Of a stretch of DNA of 58,275 nt, positions 10,223-19,220 are shown in pieces. This stretch comes from an uncultured bacterium (GTDB lineage Bacteria; Fidelibacterota; UBA2242), in assembly GCA_964485475.1 (NCBI GenBank), contig CAZAKB010000003.1, forward strand, positions 1 to 58,275, in the 5' to 3' direction. Position 1 is the stretch's first letter, and every line of letters begins with the position of its first letter. The translations under genes were made by a program, and so were the position numbers. Under the pieces are notes generated by a model. It had not been told where the DNA came from, made no database searches, and saw only the letters and a program-made list of their open reading frames with translations.

Positions 10223-11095
10223 TTATTTTTCCCTAAAGACCCGGACGTAATCCACCACCATACGCTGAGGAAATACCGTCGTATTATCCGGATTCCCCGG
10301 CCAATTTCCGCCGACTGCCACATTCAGCAACAGGTGTAAGCGCTGGTCAAAGGGAGCCGGAAATTCATACCCATTTGTGTACCATTCCGTTGCCGTATAG
10401 TAAAGCGCTTCATCCACATACCAGTCCATCCGGCCTTCACGCCATTCTAAAGTAAAAACATGAAAATCCATTGCGAAACTGCCCGAACCCAATGTTATTG
10501 ACGTTCCGGTATGCCGGTTATTCGGCAGCGTACCACCGTAGTGAAGAGTTGCATAGACACGATTGGGCTCATGTCCGAGTAGTTCCATAATATCAATTTC
10601 ACCGCTCGCCGCCCAACCGCCGTAGAGCCAATCCGTTGGCAGCATCCAGATAGCCGGCCAGACGCCTTTTCCGTACGGTAATTTGGCCTTAATCTCAAAG
10701 CGACCGTATTTCCAGTCGCCTTTATTCGCCGTCCGCAGTCGGGCAGACGTATAGTTGCGCGTACCGCCGGAACCGGTATAAGTCTCTTTCAATGCCTGAA
10801 TAGTCAGAAAACCATCGGATACCCACGAATTTTCAGTTCGGTCGGTATAATATTGCAACTCGTTGTTCCCGCCACCATTGGCGTTGACCTCATATTCCCA
10901 TTTTGTCAAATCCAATGCATCACCATCAAATTCATCATGCCAGACCAGTTCCCAGCCCTCGAGTGTCGGAATCGAATCGGTTTCTGACAAATTATCTTCA
11001 GGATTTATTGACTTGTCAGTACATTGCCCGGACAATATACTCACTACTATCATTATCAAAAAAATACTGGGTATACTTTTTAATGAAATCTGCAT
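10223..11095 (-). CDS. GH16 laminarinase (GH16_3-like), probable lipoprotein
   Basis: WELVWHDEFDG, NNELQYY, YTSARL, WPAIWML and catalytic GEIDIME motifs; PFDQRLHLLLNVAVGG. ATG 11095 preferred over TTG 11113. Confidence 0.93.
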   Translation of the reverse strand: MQISLKSIPSIFLIMIVVSILSGQCTDKSINPEDNLSETDSIPTLEGWELVWHDEFDGDALDLTKWEYEVNANGGGNNELQYYTDRTENSWVSDGFLTIQALKETYTGSGGTRNYTSARLRTANKGDWKYGRFEIKAKLPYGKGVWPAIWMLPTDWLYGGWAASGEIDIMELLGHEPNRVYATLHYGGTLPNNRHTGTSITLGSGSFAMDFHVFTLEWREGRMDWYVDEALYYTATEWYTNGYEFPAPFDQRLHLLLNVAVGGNWPGNPDNTTVFPQRMVVDYVRVFREK

Positions 11096-11143
11096 GATTT
11101 TTATTCCTGCCAAAATCCGTTGGTTATGTATCAGTAGGATCGA

Positions 11144-12955
11144 CTATTTCAATACGACCATTTTTTTCACGTTTGTCACCCTGCAATTTTCACTGACCGA
11201 TTGCATTTTATATATATATATCCCACTTGGTACCGGTGCGGTCCATTGAGCCCAATAACTGCCAGCATTGTATCGCCCGTTAATCAACTCTTCAATGACC
11301 GCCCCTTTTAAATCATGCACCGTTAGAGAAACCTGTGCGGTTTCTGGCAAATCGTATCGTATTACCGTACTGGCATTGAACGGATTAGGATAATTCTGTC
11401 CAAGCCGGAATTGATGCTTAATCAATGATTGAGAATCATCGATTCCCGTTCCGACACGATCAATAATCAAACCATTAAAAATTGAATAATCTTTGTTATT
11501 GCCAAAATGTATGTTCAGGATTCCATCGATAACGATAACATTTTCGATATCGATGGTATAAGCCGTATGAATACCTGCCGTTGCAAACAGATCGAGATCG
11601 CGGGCAATATATGTTCCTTCCAGATTGATTTCCATCAACCGACTATTGGCTGAATTGAAGTAATTCTCAGCCAGCATCAGGGTAACATTGTATGTTCCTC
11701 TGGGCAATCGCACATTATAATTGACCAGCCCATGCTGTTCGGATTGGTAAATGACATCGTCGGTTGTATTCGCAATCGTCTGACCGGGAAAATGTCCATC
11801 GTGTCCACCGATCTGGCCAAAATTACCCGTCATTTCCCATTCCTGATCGGCTAACCAGTCATTGAAGGCATCGCCGCCTACATTAATCTTTACCGGATAA
11901 TCCCAATTGGGCGGCATCTGGATTGAAACGGACTGGCCAAGCAGTGAGTTTGCCGGAGATGCCATGTCCTTAACCCCCAAAGCGATTAAACTATAGCTGG
12001 AACCTTCATCAATACCATCAACCGCCAGTTTTACATGGCGACGATTTGCCTGCTGGACAGCACTCTTGATTGTGATTCCGGGAAGCGCATAATTGCCGAC
12101 ATTTTCGGCACTTTCCCGGGTAACCTCTTCTGAAAACGCAACCAGGATGGTATCATTCTCATATTGAGCAAATTCCATAAATGGTTTGTTTTTATCAGTA
12201 TAACCAATATTTGCTGCATCAGTCAGACATAGTATCATTTTCCCATCTTGGAAGAGACAATTCTCGGGTATAAAATCACAATTGTTGCCATTAAAGGTAT
12301 GTGTCGCTTTATCCCAGCGACCCGTATCCCAACTGTCAAAATCATCCCTCCATTGCTGGGTAAAATTATTTCCCGTTCCGACATTGCCAGAGCCCGGTGT
12401 ATAAGATGCATAACTGACCCAATCATAGTATGCAAAAAATGGTAATATATTGTCATCCAGAAACCCTACCCAGTCTGAATAGGCCGGCGGCCAGATATTC
12501 ATCATAATCTTCTGGTCCCGGTTCAGGGCTGTGATATGATCGCCGGTGGCACGGTAAACTTCTGTTCCCTCAACAAACCAGGCAACATAGTCCGGTGTCC
12601 ACTCAATGACATAGGTATGAAAACCAGCAGTGGGATCAAAATCAACCCATTGGTGATGTTCGTGATTCACCTGTCCGGGAGTTATTGGATTAAATTGAAC
12701 ATCATTGGTATAACGTCCTAATTGTTCAATATCCAGCTCATTCCATTCATTAATTCCCTGACTGCCTAATTCATGATACGTAAAAAAGGTTGATGTTTGA
12801 CCGGCACCATGGGTCGCCTTGTAATTCACCTCAAAACGGCCGTATGTAAACGTTGCTTTCGTTCGATACTCAGCCCCTTTATAATCTTTTGCCAATATTA
12901 TCCCTGGAATAAAGGCAATCAAGGTTAAAATGATCGTTACTCTCGATTTAATCAT
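11144..12955 (-). CDS. GH16 lichenase-type glucanase + Ig-like + malectin domain + sorting domain
   Basis: GAEYRT..FTYGRFEV and WNELDIE (ExDxE, no beta-bulge) motifs; FHTYVIEWTPDYVAW; malectin-like KINVGG...IYQSE...YNVTLMLAENYF; NYPNPFN. ATG 12955 overlaps the upstream gene end. Confidence 0.88.
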   Translation of the reverse strand: MIKSRVTIILTLIAFIPGIILAKDYKGAEYRTKATFTYGRFEVNYKATHGAGQTSTFFTYHELGSQGINEWNELDIEQLGRYTNDVQFNPITPGQVNHEHHQWVDFDPTAGFHTYVIEWTPDYVAWFVEGTEVYRATGDHITALNRDQKIMMNIWPPAYSDWVGFLDDNILPFFAYYDWVSYASYTPGSGNVGTGNNFTQQWRDDFDSWDTGRWDKATHTFNGNNCDFIPENCLFQDGKMILCLTDAANIGYTDKNKPFMEFAQYENDTILVAFSEEVTRESAENVGNYALPGITIKSAVQQANRRHVKLAVDGIDEGSSYSLIALGVKDMASPANSLLGQSVSIQMPPNWDYPVKINVGGDAFNDWLADQEWEMTGNFGQIGGHDGHFPGQTIANTTDDVIYQSEQHGLVNYNVRLPRGTYNVTLMLAENYFNSANSRLMEINLEGTYIARDLDLFATAGIHTAYTIDIENVIVIDGILNIHFGNNKDYSIFNGLIIDRVGTGIDDSQSLIKHQFRLGQNYPNPFNASTVIRYDLPETAQVSLTVHDLKGAVIEELINGRYNAGSYWAQWTAPVPSGIYIYKMQSVSENCRVTNVKKMVVLK

Positions 12956-14465
12956 TGGATCCCACTTCCATTTTTTTACCATAATTCAATTTACTGTCCG
13001 TTGTCAGCACCGGGAAACCGGGACTAACAATCGGGTAGGGGACCCCGCTCTGCATAACAAACAGATCGATCCGGGTAAGTGTGGTGTGTTCAAACAAATC
13101 CGTATTAATTTCAATTTCACCACTATATTTTACCTGCAGACTATCTACCAATGGATTCAAATACTGTTTAATTGCAGACATGTATTCTGTTTTAAAGTCA
13201 CCATGGTACCCTTGTTTGAGCAAGTATTGATCGCGTTGATAATCCGACATCGTGGCGTCATACCACATATTGGTATAATTTTTAACATAGGTGTTTTTAT
13301 CATAGCCGGCTTTGTAGGCTTCCTGATTGATAAAGTGGTCCCGGATCAGATCAACAACGGCCAGTTTAAATTGTTCCGGGAATTCCTGTTTTGAAATTTG
13401 TCTTTTCCGAAATACCAGGGGGTGGGATTTCACCATATCCTCAAAATCCGTGACTGTCCAGGTTTCACCATCCAGATTGAAGAAGGGTTTGTCGCGTAAA
13501 TCATTAATCCTCTCATCCAGACTCGAATCCAGTTCCACTTCATTTGTTTCACCCCAGAATTGCTGGTTGAACGCATCCTTTTTATCCTTTAGATTTTTCA
13601 GATAACGGGGTCCGATAATTTCTACCATATTCCGGAATGTTTCTTCGGTAAATTCAATGGACTTACCCTTTATGATGTCTGCAACCAGCTGAGTATAGAC
13701 AGCATTTGCCTGAACAGTGTGTAATTTTTCGGTAACATTTTGCGTACGAGTCCGGATGGCACTCTCATTGAGGACCCGTTCATCTTCCCAACCCTTGACC
13801 CTCATTACCAGATAGCTGCCGTCATCAATCTTCACAGGATTCAGCATCTGGTCTTTCTTCAATGGGCTACTGAACAGCATCTTGAACATTTCATCATTCA
13901 GATCAGAGTTAAAGCTGATCTGGCGGCTGGGAATGAGAGAATCCGGCAGAACTTCTGCTGCAATTTTTGAAAAAGGGATCTGTTCTTTGGTATATAAATG
14001 ATAGACCGTCAGGGCTGTCTTTTCATCGGGCAATCTGAGAAACTGGATATCATAGGTCCGTCCGGCAACCCGATAACTATTTTTCACTGCATTGGTATCG
14101 AGGATGACCTTGTTATAGGCGCGATCACTATAGAAATACTGACGCATAGCCTGCTCTTTGCGCCCTTTGATATATTTCTGAAACTCCTCATTTTCAGCCA
14201 GCTTATTATCTGTTCCAGCTTCAAGTGATAATAATTTTTCTGCAATCAGAGAATTCAGAATGATCTTGCGATGGATATAGTTATTCATTTTACAGTAGTT
14301 CGGCCGGATTGTATATTCCGCCCGGCGAATAAACTCATCCCTGGTGATAACACGATCGCCAATTTTCACCAGAATCTGGTCATTTGGAATTTCTACGGCT
14401 TTTTTTTCACAAGCCAAAAACAGTAGCGGAAATATCAGCAGCATTGATCGCCATCGCTTTATCAT
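12948..14465 (-). CDS. SurA/PrsA-like (PpiC-type) chaperone lipoprotein
   Basis: Lipobox FLAC; SurA_N-like ILVKIGDRVITRDEF...ILNSLIAEKLLSLEA; degenerate parvulin segment; second SurA_N-like repeat. ATG 14465 preferred over 14525. Confidence 0.65.
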   Translation of the reverse strand: MIKRWRSMLLIFPLLFLACEKKAVEIPNDQILVKIGDRVITRDEFIRRAEYTIRPNYCKMNNYIHRKIILNSLIAEKLLSLEAGTDNKLAENEEFQKYIKGRKEQAMRQYFYSDRAYNKVILDTNAVKNSYRVAGRTYDIQFLRLPDEKTALTVYHLYTKEQIPFSKIAAEVLPDSLIPSRQISFNSDLNDEMFKMLFSSPLKKDQMLNPVKIDDGSYLVMRVKGWEDERVLNESAIRTRTQNVTEKLHTVQANAVYTQLVADIIKGKSIEFTEETFRNMVEIIGPRYLKNLKDKKDAFNQQFWGETNEVELDSSLDERINDLRDKPFFNLDGETWTVTDFEDMVKSHPLVFRKRQISKQEFPEQFKLAVVDLIRDHFINQEAYKAGYDKNTYVKNYTNMWYDATMSDYQRDQYLLKQGYHGDFKTEYMSAIKQYLNPLVDSLQVKYSGEIEINTDLFEHTTLTRIDLFVMQSGVPYPIVSPGFPVLTTDSKLNYGKKMEVGSND

Positions 14466-14565
14466 ATTACAAATTACCCCCATGTTGTTCTGGGGGTAGT
14501 TTATAACGTTCAAAACAATTTTCATAATGGTTAGTCAAAGCGATCAGCTTTCATTATTACTCTCA

Positions 14566-15630
14566 TTAAAATTGTAGGCCAATTGTATATGAATGGGTGT
14601 TTCCAAGAACCCCAACAGGTTTAAAGGCATAATCGGTTTTGATACTGTAGTTATTAAGAAAGTTAATAACAAAACCGCCACCATAAGTCATCCCGTATTC
14701 CGATTCAATCATAAAGAGCGCTTTATATCCGGCCCTTAGAAAAAACTTACCGGTGCCGGGAATATTCAGTTCATACTCTGCACCGAGATTGACTGATTCA
14801 GAGTTATTATTCGGATGCAATGCATCTGCCGCCAGGGTCAAACGATGATTTCTAAGCACAATCGGTTGAATTGACATGCCAATCCTGAAAATTAAAGGCA
14901 ACTCCCACTCCTTGGTTTTAAACTGCCCCTGAACGGTACTGTAATTACCGGCTTCGTCGGGTTCAATATCAATCGGGAACAGCAGATCCATACCATCATA
15001 TTTCATCCGAGTTCCATAATTGGATATACTCATTCCGATCCGCATACCATCATCCCGGTTATCAGTCACCGAGAAAAACCCGGTATTGACGATAACACCC
15101 AGGTCCATTGCAAAAGCACTGGCTGACTCATGCCAAATTTGAGAGCTGATATATTTGGCCGTCGCGCCAAATGAAAACCACTGGGCCAGGCGACGGGAAT
15201 AAGTGAGGGCAAAACTATAATCATTTGCCGAGAACAGTTCACCAGTGCCGTCCTGGTAATCCAGGGTCGTTACTTCCATATCCCCATATCCCACGTGGAA
15301 AAAGCTAAACGCCAGAGTTCCAATGGATGGCAATATAAACGCGGAAGCGATATTGGATGTATTAATATCAATCACCCAGGGTTGATACATAAACATTGCC
15401 TCGTTGTTTTTTAAAAATGCCAGTCCCGCCGGATTCCAGTAGATCGATGATATTCTCCCAGTCATACTGACATAGGCGTCACCCATAGCATTACCATCAC
15501 TGCCAATCCCAATTTCTAAAAAATTAGCCGTTGTTGTTCCCACCCTGTACGGTTCTTGTGCAAATAGCGACATGTTCCCCAACAAAACAAGCAATAGCAT
15601 CCAAATCAGCATCGAATGGTTTTTTTTCAT
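14566..15630 (-). CDS. PorV/PorQ-family (UPF0164-like) outer-membrane beta-barrel
   Basis: GTTTANFLEIGIG...AMGDAYV...SIYWNPAGLA, LPLIFRIG and NLGAEY motifs; C-terminal THSYTIGLQF. Start uncertain (15630-15660). Confidence 0.88.
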   Translation of the reverse strand: MKKNHSMLIWMLLLVLLGNMSLFAQEPYRVGTTTANFLEIGIGSDGNAMGDAYVSMTGRISSIYWNPAGLAFLKNNEAMFMYQPWVIDINTSNIASAFILPSIGTLAFSFFHVGYGDMEVTTLDYQDGTGELFSANDYSFALTYSRRLAQWFSFGATAKYISSQIWHESASAFAMDLGVIVNTGFFSVTDNRDDGMRIGMSISNYGTRMKYDGMDLLFPIDIEPDEAGNYSTVQGQFKTKEWELPLIFRIGMSIQPIVLRNHRLTLAADALHPNNNSESVNLGAEYELNIPGTGKFFLRAGYKALFMIESEYGMTYGGGFVINFLNNYSIKTDYAFKPVGVLGNTHSYTIGLQF

Positions 15631-15673
15631 CACACGCATCTTCCTCTGCCCATATATCATTGGTATCAACCTT

Positions 15674-18600
15674 TTATTTAATAATTGCAAATTTGCCAAG
15701 TTTCTCATCGCCTGTCAGTTTTGACTGAACATGGTACAGGTACATTCCCGCCGCCACTTCAAGCCCCTCTCTCGTCAGCACGTCCCAATGCGCAGTACCG
15801 TCGGGATCATCATTATTGACTTCGATGACATCCACCAATACACCGCTGACTGTAAATATCTTGATCGTACATTGTGAGGGAAGGTTCGTAAACATAAGGT
15901 CTCGCCGCTGGTTCAGATACCAGTTCGCCACTGCTCCTTCCATGGCATTTGTACACACATAGGGATTAGGTACAACCTTAATATCTTTCATAGTCTCTTT
16001 CAAATCCGCCGTATTTACATCAACAGATGGTAATACTTTAAAACTAATCGTGTCAGTGGCGAAAAACGGACGATCAAAGGATATCGAATAGACATCATCG
16101 GTTTCCGGCAGTTGTGTGCTGTCGCCAAAAGCCGACAAGAAATCAATTGCAAAAACAGAACCGGCCCATTTACCCTTGGTATTCAGCGGCCCGGCATAAA
16201 TTTTATCAGTCAGGATATCAAACTTACCATTTTTATCCAGATCATGGACAATTAGATCCAGAATTTGAAGCGAATCCGGAAACGTTTTATTAATCACGTA
16301 AAAGTTAAAATCTTCCCTGGTCAATAAATTACTCTTGATTTGAGTATCTTTGGTGTCGCGAATTCTTGAGGCGCTCCCGGCTCCGGTATAGGCAACATTA
16401 TCGATAAATATTATTTCATAATCCCAGGGGAAAAACTTTGATTCACGGCTGGTTGGCGTCACCCGGATCGGTGACGATCCGGTTTTCCAGCCAGAATTCC
16501 CATAATCATAAGTCGCAATTTGAACCGGTTGATCAATGTTCAATGTCAAACCGTCAAAAACATCCGTCTGAATGGTCTTTCCGGTATTGATATGCCAGAG
16601 TTTCAATGTGTCGTCATAAACAAGATTTTTCCCTGTAAAACTTTCAGGATTTTCAAGGTACACCTGTATAGAGTCAGTCAAATCGAATACTCTGACACCA
16701 TTATTACAATATGAAAGACCATGTGGATAATCATCAATAATATCGATAGTGTCCACTTCAAAGGTCACCTGGTAAATATGGTTTACATTCAAACTTTTAT
16801 TTGCCATGATCTCCGGGGTGACCGTTCCCGCGCCAATTGCATCATCACTAATGATCTCAAGATCTTCCGGAACATAACCAGCTGCTTTTTGATAGGGAGT
16901 AACAATTTGAACATTTTTATCAACATATGATACATTTTCCGACTCATCCAATTTGATAATAATGTTATTTTCCGAGGGAGCAATCCCGGGACCAATATCT
17001 TCTGCACCATAATCGTAAGCCACAAGAGCATAATAATAGGTCCGGCCATTCTGGACATTCGTATCTTCAAAGTAATGCTGGATACCTTTGTCACTGCCAA
17101 GATAATAACCCACACCGTTGATCATTCCAAAATCAGCAAAGCCGGTAATTGTATCTTTTACATCACATTCAAAAATGGGCTCATTGTATGTCGGAGTGCC
17201 ATATCCATCCGTGATAACCATAGGATCTGACATCTTTTTATCTGTTGAGCGATAGAGTTTGTAACCCTCGAAATCATTGACATTACCAACAAAAGGATCA
17301 CGGGTTTTTGTATCGGAAATATTATCCCAGGTCAAAACGACTTTTCCGTCACCGGGAGTAGCGGTCAGCGTTGGTTTGATAGGAGCCTGGGCAAAACGAT
17401 AATCCTTTTCATAAATCACCTGTACGATTTTCTTCAACTCAAAAAGCGCCGGCGCACTATGATCATCGGAATTTAATCCTTCCAGGGGATCAAAAGAATG
17501 CAGTTCCGCCATGGACACCCGTTCTGTTCTTCCCTGGTAGAGTGGAAATGGTCCCGATGCAAAGGTTTCAACAAGGTTCGACTGCCACTCAGTCTCTTCA
17601 ATCAATGATTCAACACCGATCACTTCCCACATGGACTTGTCATTACGAAACCATTTCGTATAGGGCGGATTATGGGGCTGGATTTCAAACAGCTGAAATG
17701 AGGTCAGACCAATCATATCGGATTCACTGACATCGGTTGCCGCAAAATTGGGCTCGCATCCCAAGCCTTCATCATAATCCGGCATGTGATTCCCTTCACC
17801 TTCGTCGGGACCATTGTAGTTTAAATCTGTTGGTCCGACACCGTCATATCCAACGTCATCACCGGCATCTTCTCCTGGTTCATTAACCCAGACCGGTTCG
17901 AGCTCTGTGCCGATATTGATTGCATAAACCCCATTATCATTCAGGTCGACACCATCTATCCAATCCTGATCCTCATCACCTTCATAATGCTCATGTAAAT
18001 CTGATTCATTTAACAAATAGAATCTCAGAAAATTCGGAAGATTATCAATGCCATCATAGGGTCCAACCAACATCCCGGCATTATTATCGCGCTCTTCATC
18101 GACGAGGCCATCTCCGTCATTATCCACACCATCATAGGCCAATCCCGGGCTCTCGAGATACGCAAATCCCATGGTGCCGGTAGAATAACCTCCCTGGCCG
18201 ACACCATCTATATCCCATGAATAAGCCATATCTATTGCAACATCAAAAAAACCTAATTCATCATCGTCACCGGCGCCGGCAACGTTATCACCAATAGCAT
18301 TATCTACCCAGTAACCAAACGCTACTTCCGGCAGATCATAATCGGAAATATTGGCAATATTGTATTCCCAGAAAATAGCGTCCTGGGCCTGGGGGTTGTT
18401 CCACTGGAATCCGCGCTGTTCAACCCGTATCCCGAGGCCGCCCCAGAGATTTCCCCGTTGGGCTGTAACACTTGCTAATTTATCACCAATCTTTACACCC
18501 GGACGAGGATAGTATTTTATCCGGTCTTCCGGTCCGAGGTATTCCTGATCCTGGGCGTCATTGGCCACAAAATAGGTTTCAAGGTCGGCATAGATAACTC

Positions 18601-19171
18601 CCCGGCCAAAACGGCCATCCCATTCACCCGGCCACTTGACTTGATCATTTGACGCCGGCCAACCACCGACTGGCCAGGAGGCCGAGTCATTGCTCATTGC
18701 CGGATATTCACTATTAGGATTGAAATATCCAAACACCGGATATAGTCCCCATTCAATCTGACCCGTTGGATCAACATCCATCTCTTCCCGGTAATGCGTT
18801 TGTAAAAAATAGAGAGTATCCAGTTCCCCGGCAGCCGACAACAAAATACGCTGAGCTGCATCGGTTACAGGAATTGTATCTTCTTTAACAAAAACCATGG
18901 CGCCAATCAAGAGACCGATTCCATCAACCATTTTTGCGCCTTCATAGTTATTGGGCCATTTTGAGACTTCGACTTTGGGCCAGTCAGAGAGCTGGGTGGT
19001 ATTGCGAAAATACAAAAACACCCGATTACCGTCCATATATCCCTCACGGAGGGCCGTTGGATCTGCAGCCGGATCATCCGGTCCGTCATACACTTTTCCC
19101 TGGCCATAAAGAGTTCCAGCTAAAAGCAGAACCAATATCAGCATCGAATATATTTTTATCGTCATCTTCAT
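15674..19171 (-). CDS. Large secreted hypothetical protein with DxDxDG loops, FN3 domain and variant C-terminal sorting domain
   Basis: Signal peptide; DGVDNDGDGLVDE; FN3-like PTLTATPGDGKVVLTWD..FEGYKLYRS..TYYYALVAYD; C-terminal IKVVPNPYV..FTNLPSQCTIKIFTVSG..GMYLYHV..KFAIIK. No catalytic motif recognised. Confidence 0.85.
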   Translation of the reverse strand: MKMTIKIYSMLILVLLLAGTLYGQGKVYDGPDDPAADPTALREGYMDGNRVFLYFRNTTQLSDWPKVEVSKWPNNYEGAKMVDGIGLLIGAMVFVKEDTIPVTDAAQRILLSAAGELDTLYFLQTHYREEMDVDPTGQIEWGLYPVFGYFNPNSEYPAMSNDSASWPVGGWPASNDQVKWPGEWDGRFGRGVIYADLETYFVANDAQDQEYLGPEDRIKYYPRPGVKIGDKLASVTAQRGNLWGGLGIRVEQRGFQWNNPQAQDAIFWEYNIANISDYDLPEVAFGYWVDNAIGDNVAGAGDDDELGFFDVAIDMAYSWDIDGVGQGGYSTGTMGFAYLESPGLAYDGVDNDGDGLVDEERDNNAGMLVGPYDGIDNLPNFLRFYLLNESDLHEHYEGDEDQDWIDGVDLNDNGVYAINIGTELEPVWVNEPGEDAGDDVGYDGVGPTDLNYNGPDEGEGNHMPDYDEGLGCEPNFAATDVSESDMIGLTSFQLFEIQPHNPPYTKWFRNDKSMWEVIGVESLIEETEWQSNLVETFASGPFPLYQGRTERVSMAELHSFDPLEGLNSDDHSAPALFELKKIVQVIYEKDYRFAQAPIKPTLTATPGDGKVVLTWDNISDTKTRDPFVGNVNDFEGYKLYRSTDKKMSDPMVITDGYGTPTYNEPIFECDVKDTITGFADFGMINGVGYYLGSDKGIQHYFEDTNVQNGRTYYYALVAYDYGAEDIGPGIAPSENNIIIKLDESENVSYVDKNVQIVTPYQKAAGYVPEDLEIISDDAIGAGTVTPEIMANKSLNVNHIYQVTFEVDTIDIIDDYPHGLSYCNNGVRVFDLTDSIQVYLENPESFTGKNLVYDDTLKLWHINTGKTIQTDVFDGLTLNIDQPVQIATYDYGNSGWKTGSSPIRVTPTSRESKFFPWDYEIIFIDNVAYTGAGSASRIRDTKDTQIKSNLLTREDFNFYVINKTFPDSLQILDLIVHDLDKNGKFDILTDKIYAGPLNTKGKWAGSVFAIDFLSAFGDSTQLPETDDVYSISFDRPFFATDTISFKVLPSVDVNTADLKETMKDIKVVPNPYVCTNAMEGAVANWYLNQRRDLMFTNLPSQCTIKIFTVSGVLVDVIEVNNDDPDGTAHWDVLTREGLEVAAGMYLYHVQSKLTGDEKLGKFAIIK

Positions 19172-19220
19172 TTATATCTGAACTCCTAATAATGTCACTT
19201 TTATACTCTCAAAATGGTAG

